Translations under genes and position numbers: made by a program
Shown here: positions 1-8,550 of the stretch, piece by piece
Position numbering within the stretch: position 1 is the stretch's first letter
How the letters are laid out: the number at the start of each line of letters is the position of its first letter
The notes under the pieces: model-generated
Databases searched by the model: none
What the model was told of the DNA's origin: nothing
The model's input: the letters and a program-made list of their open reading frames with translations, nothing else
IMG/VR virus record: IMGVR_UViG_3300027852_000012
Coordinates: 1-44,822 of that record
DNA: 44,822 bases
Source of the DNA: a virus
Direction: 5' to 3' (one strand)

Positions 1-127
1 TAAGTTCTTCTACTAGGTTGGCTTGCTTTAGTGTATCTAATAATACCGTCAGCCTCCCAGCATCAATTCCTCTAGCCGACATCCTTCTTACTAATTCTGT
101 CCTAGTCATCTCACTATAGCGCTCCAA
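1..127. repeat. Terminal direct repeat, copy 1. It is identical to 44696..44822 and is either a circular-assembly overlap or true terminal redundancy.
   Basis: By eye, bases 1-127 (taagttcttctactagg...atagcgctccaa) match 44696-44822 exactly. An ORF reads continuously across the implied junction. Confidence 0.9.
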
Positions 128-1336
128 TGTCCTCCTAATTAGATCCAAATCCTGGCCTTGATCACCGAGAGATATTGGAGTAATAATAGAATCAAGCGCA
201 GGATCTAACGCCTCCAATACCTCAATAGCTCCTTGCACATCACATGCCTCAATGGCCTCCCTACAAGAATTCGCTGCCAGTATAAGTGAGATCTTCCTGA
301 CATGGTCAGCCCTCCTTTGATAGAAGTCAGCAATTCTCTCTTCGGACTCCCTTAACTTCTTATGTTGCTTATGAAACCATCTATCATAGCACTGAAATGC
401 CTCAGGAGTAAACTCTCTCGGACCTTTAAACTTCTCCTTAATCTCCTGTAGGTCCTCCAATAACTTCAAACGTAATAGTGGATCATCGGGAGGACTAATA
501 CTCATAACCCTATCAGTATACTCCTGAGCTACGAATATAATCCTAGACATGAAGCCGCCTGCAAACACATGTCTAGGAAGGCTTTCAACTAGCCACTCTA
601 AGGTAGTGCCGCCTAATAGACTTATGGCAATATTGTGCAACAACCTTTGCTTACGCGTGATGGTGATATCATCATCTACATCCTGAGCATCGTACCAACT
701 AGTTAGAGCAGACACTATCTGATTGTTGGCAGGTGTATTATGTCCAGCTAAGAACCTATACAACTCCGAAGCACATATCATAGCTATGGCATCCTTCTTC
801 TCTTCTTCAGGAGTTGTAGAGAGAATATCAGATAGTCCTTCTGGAGTCGCACGCCCAGCTATTACAGTAACTAGCTCACTCTCTCTTAGTAGGTCCACAC
901 CTATGTTAATGGCAGTGGATTTGTAGCACACACCAGGCGGAGCTACTAGTACAATATATAGAGCCCCGTAGGTATTATTCCTTCCAAAGGGAATCCAAGC
1001 ATCACGCCTTATAGCAGAGCCTAATATGGCCAAGCCCGTGAAGAAATGAAACGGCAAAGGCGCTGCACAGAATGTAGTATAGTTCAGATAGTCCTTCAAC
1101 CAACCAATGTCAGGATAGGAAGCCCTATTGAGTAGGTGTGTGAAACGTGGCACAGGTGTTGGGGTGATGGTAGGATCACCTATTAAACGCACTAACTTCC
1201 TACGTACCTTAGCTTCATGCTCCACTGTCAGGTTTAAGGTATCGAACCAGGCCCAAGCTCGTTCAACTAGTTGAGACCTATCCCCCGTTGTCAGTTCCTC
1301 TTTTAGTTGTCGTAGGAAGTCATCAGTGTTAGACAT
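1..1336 (-). CDS. DUF3987-like putative replicative helicase / NTPase. This is the N-terminal 445 codons. The CDS wraps the circular junction and ends at 44652, giving about 459 aa in total.
   Basis: Hand translation from ATG 1336..1334 is open all the way to base 1: MSNTDDFLRQLKEEL...ALYIVLVAPPGVCYKSTAINIG...ISLLGGTTLEWL...GGFMSRIIFV. The start overlaps the dpdA stop (ATGTCTAA). It is missing from the ORF track because it has no stop inside the left edge. The P-loop-like segment and the GGFxSR motif recall DUF3987. Confidence 0.6.
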   Translation of the reverse strand, partial: MSNTDDFLRQLKEELTTGDRSQLVERAWAWFDTLNLTVEHEAKVRRKLVRLIGDPTITPTPVPRFTHLLNRASYPDIGWLKDYLNYTTFCAAPLPFHFFTGLAILGSAIRRDAWIPFGRNNTYGALYIVLVAPPGVCYKSTAINIGVDLLRESELVTVIAGRATPEGLSDILSTTPEEEKKDAIAMICASELYRFLAGHNTPANNQIVSALTSWYDAQDVDDDITITRKQRLLHNIAISLLGGTTLEWLVESLPRHVFAGGFMSRIIFVAQEYTDRVMSISPPDDPLLRLKLLEDLQEIKEKFKGPREFTPEAFQCYDRWFHKQHKKLRESEERIADFYQRRADHVRKISLILAANSCREAIEACDVQGAIEVLEALDPALDSIITPISLGDQGQDLDLIRRTLERYSEMTRTELVRRMSARGIDAGRLTVLLDTLKQANLVEEL

Positions 1337-2045
1337 CGCAAGCAGTTCGCAGTGCTTGAATGTTTTCCGTCATAAGTAGTCTGTCTTGTACTACATGTCC
1401 AGGCAGTAGTAAGTCTGTGCCACGTGCCAGATTAACCAGCTTCTCTCCTATTAGAGCAGCCTTGATAGGCTTGGAAGTATCCATAGTAAGCAGCATACGA
1501 GGCCAGTAAGCAATCTCACTTAGGCTACGTAACCCTAACATATGTACTGGTACCTCTATAGAACCACATAACTTAGCCAGGACCTCCAGCCGTGGATTCA
1601 GAAAGCTAAGTCCTAGCCAATGATGCGGTGGAGCATTTAAGTAGGCCTGTGTTATCTCATCAGCATCCGCTCCTTGTGGAATATAGCCTATTTGCCAGTC
1701 AGCCTCATGTCTCTTGCAGATATCTATGAACTCCTTAGTTAACTCTTCTGTCTCCCGTCTATTAAACAATACATCAGGTGCCCACACTACATGCGGCTGC
1801 ATCGCACTGGCAAGTTTAAACAGATTTCTTGGAGATAACGTGGCCTCGCTCTCAACATGAGCTTCATAGGCGCCATTATCCAACATAACGAATGATTCTG
1901 GTTCTGCTGCTTTCCTTTTATAATACTCAAAGTACTCTGTGTGCTCCCAAGCAGTGCTGGCAATACAAAAGTGAAAATCCACAAGCCCCTCAGTCTCTTC
2001 CAGATGTGCTATAGGTACTTCTAATGACATTCTTATCTTAGCCAT
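1329..2045 (-). CDS. dpdA: DpdA-like tRNA-guanine-transglycosylase-family enzyme (7-deazaguanine DNA transglycosylase)
   Basis: 238 aa. FVMLDNGAYE resembles the TGT DSGGFQ Asp motif, HMLGL the TGT hLFG motif, and LLTMDTSKP the second catalytic Asp motif (DMFDS/C-like). SD AAGGAGG. It shares an operon with queC, queD, queE and folE. Confidence 0.65.
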   Translation of the reverse strand: MAKIRMSLEVPIAHLEETEGLVDFHFCIASTAWEHTEYFEYYKRKAAEPESFVMLDNGAYEAHVESEATLSPRNLFKLASAMQPHVVWAPDVLFNRRETEELTKEFIDICKRHEADWQIGYIPQGADADEITQAYLNAPPHHWLGLSFLNPRLEVLAKLCGSIEVPVHMLGLRSLSEIAYWPRMLLTMDTSKPIKAALIGEKLVNLARGTDLLLPGHVVQDRLLMTENIQALRTACDV

Positions 2046-2262
2046 TGGCTCCTCCTTTCGCTTTTTTCTCTAAAGTTCTTCTTACCTGTTCCATGGCCCA
2101 ATCAAGCTTATCTTCCGGCATAGCATCCACAGCTTCATTAATAGGTGCTTCCAACTTATGGAAGTAATACATTTGCTTGAATAGATGTTGCTGTCCTTCC
2201 GTGCACTCGGCCAATCCTTCCTTTAGTTGCTTTCTCGCAAAATCTTGTAACTGATTGTTCAT
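2038..2262 (-). CDS. Small conserved-looking phage protein (74 aa), function unknown
   Basis: Start re-picked to the ATG at 2262 (MNNQLQDFARKQLKEGL...), which has the SD AAAGGAGGGAG and forms an ATGA overlap with the polymerase stop. Confidence 0.6.
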   Translation of the reverse strand: MNNQLQDFARKQLKEGLAECTEGQQHLFKQMYYFHKLEAPINEAVDAMPEDKLDWAMEQVRRTLEKKAKGGANG

Positions 2263-4466
2263 GCTACTCCCTCCTTTATTAGGTCTCTCCAATTAGAGCC
2301 CGAGGTTATTTTTATAGGAAAGCACCTATCACCTAGTTCAGGTATAGGTCTTTCCATGCACTCCCTTATTAGGATGATCGCAGCATCCTTATCCTTAAGA
2401 GTACAGTCTACAACTAAGTTATCATGTACTGTTAACGCCAAATGTACTTCAGGCAACTCCCTCTCAAGCCTCTCATCCAATATAGCCATAGAGCCCAGTA
2501 ATGTATCACTACCAGCTGACTGTATTGGAAAGTTATACATCTCAGCTATATTCCCTTCAAAATACTTAAATCTATTATAGGCACTTTTTATCACTGTCTT
2601 ATTAGTCACACTAGCCTGAAAGCGTAGTATTGCAGGATACCTACCTGTAACAACAGCTTGTAGCTTCAAGGCCTCAGCTCTGGAGATACCAAACTCCTTA
2701 GCAATAGATTCAGGTTGCCTATTATACATGGTTCCAAAGACAATAGCTTTAGCTCTCAAGAGTTCCTTGGAACTTATTTCCTCCCTACCATATACCTCAG
2801 CACAGATATTCTCATGGATATTAACCCCATCATCTAAGTCCCTCTGTAGCGCTTTATCACCTGTCACCGCCGCTATGATACGTATCTCGAACTGCCCATA
2901 ATCCCCTTCTACGAATAAGCCACCATCCGGTACAAAGATATGTCTTGACCTCCTAGGTACATTCTGTAGGTTGGGATCACTGCTGGCTAGCCTCCCAGTC
3001 TTGGTGCGTGTTTGGCTATAGGTAGTATGTATCCTACCTCCTATTAGCCTAGAACGCATGCCCTCTAGGAAGGTACTACGTAACTTATCCAGCTCCCTGA
3101 AGTATAATATCCTCTTCACTACTGGATGCTCTAACTTCTCTAAGTCCTCCTTGCTGGTTCTATATTGTTGCCCTCCCTTAGTCCTCTTTAAAGACATACC
3201 CATGTTCACAAGCAAATCACCAATCTGAGCTCCTGAGCGAATATTAATTCCTTGACTCCAGAATATCTTCTCGGTACTATCTATAGCCTCTCCTATAGTC
3301 TTAACCTCTTCCTCTACGGCTGATAGATCTAACTTAATACCTCTGCATTGCATCTTGGATATGACCTTGATGAGCCTGGTCTGAGTTTGGAACAGCTCCC
3401 ACTGACCATTCTCCTTCAGCTCTTGCTTTAGGGGGAGCATTATGCGCCTAGTAGTGTCAGCATCAGTGTTGTTATACTGAGAGAGCTCACTTCTGGACAT
3501 GCGGCCTATATTCTTACCGCTGCCAGGTTTATAGTAGGTTACATCAGTATATACTGAAGTTAGATAGGCTAGGTCATTAGGTAAAATTGGGCACACTAAG
3601 TAGGCCGCTGTCTTAGTATCGAAATACATATTATTTGTCTCTATGCCGTAGTACTTTAAATAGTACCAGTCAAAGGTACCCCTCTGTACAATTTTAGGAG
3701 CAGGACCCTCCAATATCCTAACAGCCTGCTCTCTACCTCGCACATCCCGCATATCAAAGTGCATAGAGCGCCCCAGTCCCCAACTGAATGCGATACCTAG
3801 GACATCACCCTCCCAAGGCTTAAGAGTACCAGGAGTTTCAATATCAAAGGAGACAGGATTAGCAGGATCGAACAGCTCATCTGGGGGGTCCCCATACTCA
3901 GGAAACCATGTTTCGTAATAGGTAGGAGTTCTTCTTAGGGTAGCTTCATAAGAGGCCTCCTTAGCTCTTTCTAGGTCTCTTACTACCGTAGTCCAATACT
4001 TTTGATTACCGCGCATTATGTAGGAAGGGTGGAAAGTGGGCATGACCTTTGGAACTTTGGCCAAGCCATATATTAGTGAACCTCTCCAATTAGTAATGCC
4101 CACTTTCCCAGTCAGCACTGTAAGTGCCTCATTACCCAGTGCTATGATAATATTAGGTTCATGCGATTCAATATCTGCCTTTAAGTACTCCCAGCAAGCT
4201 GCAATCTCCTCCTCTGTAGGTGCCTTATTGCCAGGAGATAAGCACCTACATACATTAGTAACAAAGCATTCGCTTCTGCGGATCTTAGCATCACGTAGTA
4301 AGGCGTTAAGTACTCTGCCAGCTCCACCAACAAAAGGCAATCCTTCCCTATCTTCATCATAGCCAGGATTCCTCCCTACGAGCATTATGGCACATTTCGG
4401 AGGACCTAGGCCTTGAACAATCTGTGTTCTTGTCTTACTGAGATCGCACTTTGTGCATTGAGTCAT
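2259..4466 (-). CDS. Family-A DNA polymerase with an N-terminal family-4 uracil-DNA-glycosylase-like domain and a 3'-5' exonuclease domain
   Basis: UDG4 motifs: CTKCDL, MLVGRNPGYDEDREGLPFVGGAG, FHPSY. Exonuclease motifs: FDIETPG, YNNTDADTT. PolA motif A DYGQFEIRIIA, motif B RAKAIVFGTMYNR, motif C VHDNLVVD, plus SSDPNLQNVP. Confidence 0.9.
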   Translation of the reverse strand: MTQCTKCDLSKTRTQIVQGLGPPKCAIMLVGRNPGYDEDREGLPFVGGAGRVLNALLRDAKIRRSECFVTNVCRCLSPGNKAPTEEEIAACWEYLKADIESHEPNIIIALGNEALTVLTGKVGITNWRGSLIYGLAKVPKVMPTFHPSYIMRGNQKYWTTVVRDLERAKEASYEATLRRTPTYYETWFPEYGDPPDELFDPANPVSFDIETPGTLKPWEGDVLGIAFSWGLGRSMHFDMRDVRGREQAVRILEGPAPKIVQRGTFDWYYLKYYGIETNNMYFDTKTAAYLVCPILPNDLAYLTSVYTDVTYYKPGSGKNIGRMSRSELSQYNNTDADTTRRIMLPLKQELKENGQWELFQTQTRLIKVISKMQCRGIKLDLSAVEEEVKTIGEAIDSTEKIFWSQGINIRSGAQIGDLLVNMGMSLKRTKGGQQYRTSKEDLEKLEHPVVKRILYFRELDKLRSTFLEGMRSRLIGGRIHTTYSQTRTKTGRLASSDPNLQNVPRRSRHIFVPDGGLFVEGDYGQFEIRIIAAVTGDKALQRDLDDGVNIHENICAEVYGREEISSKELLRAKAIVFGTMYNRQPESIAKEFGISRAEALKLQAVVTGRYPAILRFQASVTNKTVIKSAYNRFKYFEGNIAEMYNFPIQSAGSDTLLGSMAILDERLERELPEVHLALTVHDNLVVDCTLKDKDAAIILIRECMERPIPELGDRCFPIKITSGSNWRDLIKEGVA

Positions 4467-4475
4467 TGCCTCCTC

Positions 4476-5093
4476 CTACCGCAGATGCAGTGTTTTATGT
4501 AGTTGGGTAGAGTATCTCCACTGAGGAAATTTCCTACATAGTTCCAAAGCCTCAATGCTCTTATCATAATCAGGAAACTGTTTTTTCATCCAAGGCTGGA
4601 TCCATAATACTTGTCTTGCTCTTCTCGATTCCCACATAGGCTTACCCTGCCTATCGCAGAAAGCATAAAAGGCCTTTGAAGATAACTTAACCTCATCAGC
4701 ATAAAGTAGAGCAGGAAGGTTCTTTAACATGCTGCAGGGCTTAGGACTACAAGCTAACCAAGGCAGCCAAGAGAACACAGGCGGTCTACAAGTGCCATTA
4801 GTCTCAATATGCGTATACTTACCCATACTATCCAGCTCACGTATCAGAGGAGTTACATCCTGCAATAAAGGCTCTCCACCTGTTATCATAACCCTATCTA
4901 CTTTATCATCAGCTGCCACCCTCTCAAGGATGCTGTCAACACTCATCTCAAAGCCGTCCTCATGTGCTGTATCGCACCCTAAGCAGACCAGATTACAGCC
5001 ACTAAGCCTTATAAAAGTCATAGTCTGTCCAATCCATACTCCTTCTCCACATATTGAGGTAAATATCTCATTTACTTTTAGCTCCGAAGACAT
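4476..5093 (-). CDS. queE: 7-carboxy-7-deazaguanine synthase (radical SAM)
   Basis: 205 aa. ICGEGVWIGQTMTFIRLSGCNLVCLGCDT carries a CX3CX2C cluster motif, followed by ITGGEPL. SD AAGGAGGG. Confidence 0.85.
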   Translation of the reverse strand: MSSELKVNEIFTSICGEGVWIGQTMTFIRLSGCNLVCLGCDTAHEDGFEMSVDSILERVAADDKVDRVMITGGEPLLQDVTPLIRELDSMGKYTHIETNGTCRPPVFSWLPWLACSPKPCSMLKNLPALLYADEVKLSSKAFYAFCDRQGKPMWESRRARQVLWIQPWMKKQFPDYDKSIEALELCRKFPQWRYSTQLHKTLHLR

Positions 5094-5394
5094 CTCTTCC
5101 CTCCTTTCTTATTTTGTCCAGCCTAAGCCACATGAAATAAGCATAGTTAGCCATATCTAATATTTCCCACTCTAGCTCTCTTAACAGATCAACCTGCTCA
5201 TGATGATGACTACCATACTGACCATGCCCATGCCCTCCAGAGAGTCTCTTCCCACATTGCTCAGCAAATTGGATAAATTTCTTAGCCTCTGGAATTTTTA
5301 ATTCACTGTTGCTATGTGAGGGACGGAAGGGCTCTTGAATATTGCTGCTGTCTGCATCATTCCTGCTGTCTTTACTCCCCTGATCTTCGTGCAT
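5068..5394 (-). CDS. Hypothetical protein, possibly an all-alpha MazG/NTP-pyrophosphohydrolase-like fold. The start is uncertain.
   Basis: 108-aa ORF. The ATG at 5394 has the SD GAGGAG 7 nt upstream but lies 97 nt inside folE in another frame. The C-terminal half (GHGQYGSHHHEQVDLLRELEWEILDMANYAYFMWLRL) looks like a helical NTP-PPase-type segment. It overlaps the queE start. Confidence 0.45.
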   Translation of the reverse strand: MHEDQGSKDSRNDADSSNIQEPFRPSHSNSELKIPEAKKFIQFAEQCGKRLSGGHGHGQYGSHHHEQVDLLRELEWEILDMANYAYFMWLRLDKIRKEGRDVFGAKSK

Positions 5395-5828
5395 AGGTGT
5401 TCTCCTCTTATAGTACAGTTTACATAATCACTATAGGGAATTAATAAATCCACTATCCTCTGAGTCATTCTCTCCTGCAGTGCTGGACCCTCTCGAACTA
5501 CCTCATCAATCAGCCTTGGTAGTTTGCTAAGTCCTAATACTTGGACCCTCCCAACTCCTTTTGGCTTGTAGGTGACATCTACGATAAAGACCACTGGCAA
5601 TAGGTGATGCGGACATAAGGACCATACTTCATGATTCTTGAGTGATATTATCCCAGCATACTGCTCAGGGAAGGTCTTTATCTCATTGTTGCTTTCTCCG
5701 AACATCTCCTCTAGGAAGCCTACATATCTACTTGGCGTACCTAGGTAAGGCTCTTTATTACTATCCACTCCCATTGCTGCAAGGAGTTCTTCAATTGCTG
5801 CTTCTGCTCTCTTATAATCTATTATCAT
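5298..5828 (-). CDS. folE: GTP cyclohydrolase I
   Basis: 176 aa with LCPHHLLPV and GEHLCTKIRGV (H.C...RG) motifs. SD GGAGG. Confidence 0.85.
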   Translation of the reverse strand: MIIDYKRAEAAIEELLAAMGVDSNKEPYLGTPSRYVGFLEEMFGESNNEIKTFPEQYAGIISLKNHEVWSLCPHHLLPVVFIVDVTYKPKGVGRVQVLGLSKLPRLIDEVVREGPALQERMTQRIVDLLIPYSDYVNCTIRGEHLCTKIRGVKTAGMMQTAAIFKSPSVPHIATVN

Positions 5829-5852
5829 GCTATACTTCCTCCATATGTAGTA

Positions 5853-6092
5853 TTAAACCTCAACAAACTCCCTATCACGATCGATGCCGTAGAATCCTTC
5901 TATCTCTGGTAACCCATAGGCCAAGGCTAACTTATGACATTCTTTTGCAGCGTCTACAGTTGCTTGATCTTTTCTGATGCCTTCACCTATCGAAAAGACT
6001 ATCATAGTTTCACCAGGTTGCCAGCCTTCCTGAACCAGTCGCTCTAACTTCTTAAAATCTTCCTTCTTGGCAAATACTCCTGTCTGTTTCAT
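5853..6092 (-). CDS. Hypothetical protein (79 aa)
   Basis: ORF with the SD AGAGGAGG 7 nt upstream of the ATG. It is co-directional within the replication operon. Confidence 0.6.
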   Translation of the reverse strand: MKQTGVFAKKEDFKKLERLVQEGWQPGETMIVFSIGEGIRKDQATVDAAKECHKLALAYGLPEIEGFYGIDRDREFVEV

Positions 6093-6114
6093 GCTATACC
6101 TCCTCTATTATAAA

Positions 6115-6161
6115 GCAGACAGCGGGATGAGCACTATTGCAACATCCCTAGAACTGTCTGC
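6115..6161 (-). terminator. Nested GC-containing hairpin between two cistrons; a possible intrinsic terminator, attenuator or RNA-stability element
   Basis: gcagacag (6115-6122) pairs with ctgtctgc (6154-6161). Inner gggatg (6124-6129) pairs with catccc (6143-6148). On the minus strand it is followed by TTTATAAT. Confidence 0.35.
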
Positions 6162-6170
6162 CTATACACC

Positions 6171-6554
6171 CTACCTGCTCAGATAGGTAAGGTCCATTCT
6201 CTCACTGCCCTGATTGTCCAGGCGATGTTTAACTCTGAATGAGAGGGAGTGACCGTTAACAGCTTCGAATAAGAAGTCCAAGAAGTCATCTTCAGTCTCG
6301 AACTCTTGCTCTGGTAGGTCCTCATCAGTCACTGCTTTATGTAGTTGGTTAGCTTTCCATAAGCTATCCTCAGTTACTGTAATATTACCGATGACCTTCC
6401 TGCCAGCATAGTCTCCCTCACTTATCCTAATCTGGAAACCACCACTTCTGTTACCTGCTGCTGAGGTACTCTTGAATAGCTTTACTACTGTTCCTTCATA
6501 ATCATCCTCTGGAAAGTTTTGCGTAAGTTGCTTTGGGTCTATTTTAACTTTCAT
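6171..6554 (-). CDS. DUF669-like phage protein (SSB-like partner of AAA_24 / Sak4 modules)
   Basis: 127 aa. The pattern YEGTVVKLFKSTSAAGNRSGGFQIRISEGDYAGRKV...LWKANQLHKA matches my recollection of DUF669. It sits next to an AAA ATPase and a nuclease. Confidence 0.55.
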   Translation of the reverse strand: MKVKIDPKQLTQNFPEDDYEGTVVKLFKSTSAAGNRSGGFQIRISEGDYAGRKVIGNITVTEDSLWKANQLHKAVTDEDLPEQEFETEDDFLDFLFEAVNGHSLSFRVKHRLDNQGSERMDLTYLSR

Positions 6555-6572
6555 GATACTATCTCCTTTTTG

Positions 6573-6839
6573 TTATAAAGCTAATCTATTCAAAAGGGAA
6601 TTTAGGGTATCCCGACAACCCACTAATAGAATCTTAGTATCTGCTAATTGCTGGGCAAGTGGTACATGACATGGTTCTTCAGAAACTTGGTCTTCAGTTG
6701 GCATGGCAGGTAATAATACCGCTGATAATCTATTCACAACCTCTGCCAAGAGAGTATTCAGTTCCTCTGCTAAACACCCTAGTTTATCTGCTTCTACCCA
6801 AACTGGGGCTTTTTTTGTGCACTGTGGATCTGCTGGCAT
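6573..6839 (-). CDS. Hypothetical protein (88 aa)
   Basis: ORF with the SD AAAGGAGGTG. Confidence 0.55.
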   Translation of the reverse strand: MPADPQCTKKAPVWVEADKLGCLAEELNTLLAEVVNRLSAVLLPAMPTEDQVSEEPCHVPLAQQLADTKILLVGCRDTLNSLLNRLAL

Positions 6840-6871
6840 AATATCACCTCCTTTCCTCTACTAACTATACA

Positions 6872-6949
6872 AGAGAGAACAGTCTGATTACGCTTGTAGG
6901 TCTGCCCAGCATCAAACTAGGGTGTTATGACCTTTCCCTTGTTCTCTCT
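6872..6949. repeat. 10-bp inverted repeat with a 58-nt spacer in an intergenic gap
   Basis: agagagaaca (6872-6881) is the reverse complement of tgttctctct (6940-6949). It lies between the nuclease stop and the next start. Confidence 0.5.
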
Positions 6950-6950
6950 A

Positions 6951-7808
6951 TTATGTTTGCACTACTAACTCCTCCCTAATCGGGTCCTCAGGTGCCTCCT
7001 TATAATTAGCTAAGGACTGCTTACTATACCTCGTACAAAGAGGTAGATAAGCACACTCTCCAAATAACGTATAGCAAGCACTTAGATTCTCTCTCCAGAT
7101 TCCAGACTCCAAACTCTCCTCAATAGCTGAGATGGTGCGTAGTGTATTCCTCAGCCACCTTTGCTGCAGTTGAGGACTGATAGCAGTAGGAAGTCTTTTT
7201 ATCTGAGGTACCTTGGTCTTGACTAGAAAGTTGAATAGGGCCCCCACTATGGGAAGCTTCAGGACTTGCTTAGCTGCCCAAGTATACCCTATAATCTGAG
7301 GACTCTTGAGATAGCCAGTGATCAGAGGCCCTGCTGCTTGCTTAGCTGTCTTATGCTCGAATACTAAATGAGGGGCTTTATCCTTCTTGGTATTTAGTTG
7401 TATTACTCCATCTAAGGTCACTTTGAGGTATACTCCCTCTACCAACTTACAGAATAGGGTCACCTCAGGCTTCACTATGGTGAATTCCTCAGTTGGATAG
7501 CTATGAGCTAAGCAGTCCATTAGACGTTTCGCTTCGGCTATCTGACCTTCGGTATACTCCTCCACTACTTGCTCCGAGGTAAGATGGTACTCATACATCA
7601 TAACTCTCTCATCTAAGGAGATGCCCATACTGTGCTTATACCAGAGGTCAAGACACTCATGTGCTAGTGAACCTGTTTTGAGGTTATCGGATGTAATAGC
7701 GGGCTCTAACCTAGGCTCATGGAACCATCTCCACTTACATTTCGCAGGACAGAAATTATAATCCCCTAAGAGACTTCCTCTATATATCCGATCTGTCTCT
7801 TCTGGCAT
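6951..7808 (-). CDS. PD-(D/E)XK nuclease, Cas4/RecB-like, with a C-terminal Cys cluster
   Basis: Start re-picked to the ATG at 7808 (MPEETDRIY), which has the SD AAAGGAGG. N-terminal Cys in YNFCPAKC. C-terminal cluster SACYTLFGECAYLPLC (C..x..C..x..C). The core EHKT resembles E.K. Confidence 0.65.
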   Translation of the reverse strand: MPEETDRIYRGSLLGDYNFCPAKCKWRWFHEPRLEPAITSDNLKTGSLAHECLDLWYKHSMGISLDERVMMYEYHLTSEQVVEEYTEGQIAEAKRLMDCLAHSYPTEEFTIVKPEVTLFCKLVEGVYLKVTLDGVIQLNTKKDKAPHLVFEHKTAKQAAGPLITGYLKSPQIIGYTWAAKQVLKLPIVGALFNFLVKTKVPQIKRLPTAISPQLQQRWLRNTLRTISAIEESLESGIWRENLSACYTLFGECAYLPLCTRYSKQSLANYKEAPEDPIREELVVQT

Positions 7809-7812
7809 GGTA

Positions 7813-8550
7813 TTAGCCTCCTTTCTTAGGCAGTAACTTAGACAGGTCAGAGGGAATGTAGGTCTCATTACTGAAGCTACTCCTGGCATTCCTCCGCTTA
7901 TCAGGTTTAGTCATACACCTGAATGTGGCCTTGCCGTCTTTTGTAACTACCACCTCCAAAGCATACATCTCACTGAAATACCTGCCTACTTCATGAGCAT
8001 ACTTCCCATCAACAGAGACTGGCACCATTATCTGCCCTGTTATCTCATCCCTGATGATTTTTTCATGGTAGGTGATTATGACGTGCTTGTAGTGTGGTAC
8101 TCCCAATATTGATTCTGTCAGTTCGTCGTGCATGGTATACCAACTATCCCAATCACCATATTCAAAGTGGTGCTTCTTACATAAGAATAACATATAGCGC
8201 TTCAGGTGTGCACATACCCTACTATAGCTATCGACAGCCAGGATATCGGCAGCGGGCTCACTATCATACATGTCATTAATAATGGTAACGAATTCCAAAT
8301 ATCCCTCGGGCTGCTTCTTAGGAAAGCTTCCTGGCTTCTTGGCCCTATCTAGGAGGGATTCCTCTACTAGTAGGGAGTTAATTGGAATAACGTTAATCTG
8401 GCCATCGGCTATGTAGTTACGTAAATTAGCCATATCTTCAACCTTCTTATCAGTATCGATAAGGTCAACAGTATAGCCAGCCTTACAAGCACTACTGATC
8501 ATGGTTGTCTTACCACTACCAGGTGGTCCTACTAATGCGAAGCTAGACAT
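7813..8550 (-). CDS. AAA_24 / Sak4-like RecA-fold ATPase
   Basis: Start re-picked to the ATG at 8550, with the SD GGGAGG 8 nt upstream. Walker A is LVGPPGSGKTT. Walker B-like segment is ILAVDSYS. Confidence 0.7.
   Translation of the reverse strand: MSSFALVGPPGSGKTTMISSACKAGYTVDLIDTDKKVEDMANLRNYIADGQINVIPINSLLVEESLLDRAKKPGSFPKKQPEGYLEFVTIINDMYDSEPAADILAVDSYSRVCAHLKRYMLFLCKKHHFEYGDWDSWYTMHDELTESILGVPHYKHVIITYHEKIIRDEITGQIMVPVSVDGKYAHEVGRYFSEMYALEVVVTKDGKATFRCMTKPDKRRNARSSFSNETYIPSDLSKLLPKKGG

Noticed and set aside
723-926. 67-aa plus-strand ORF, the only track ORF in 1-1328
   Set aside because: It lies antisense inside the continuous 1336-nt minus-strand helicase-like frame. It has a TTG start, no SD and low-complexity Ser-rich sequence.
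4036-5160. Plus-strand ORFs 4036-4362 and 4729-5160. The same reasoning applies to 1787-1984, 2356-2580, 5642-5977, 6659-6841, 8094-8279, 9890-10277 and 11226-11414.
   Set aside because: They are shadow ORFs opposite, or out of frame within, motif-supported genes (polA, queE, folE, queC and others). They lack SDs and have skewed Ser/Leu/Pro composition.
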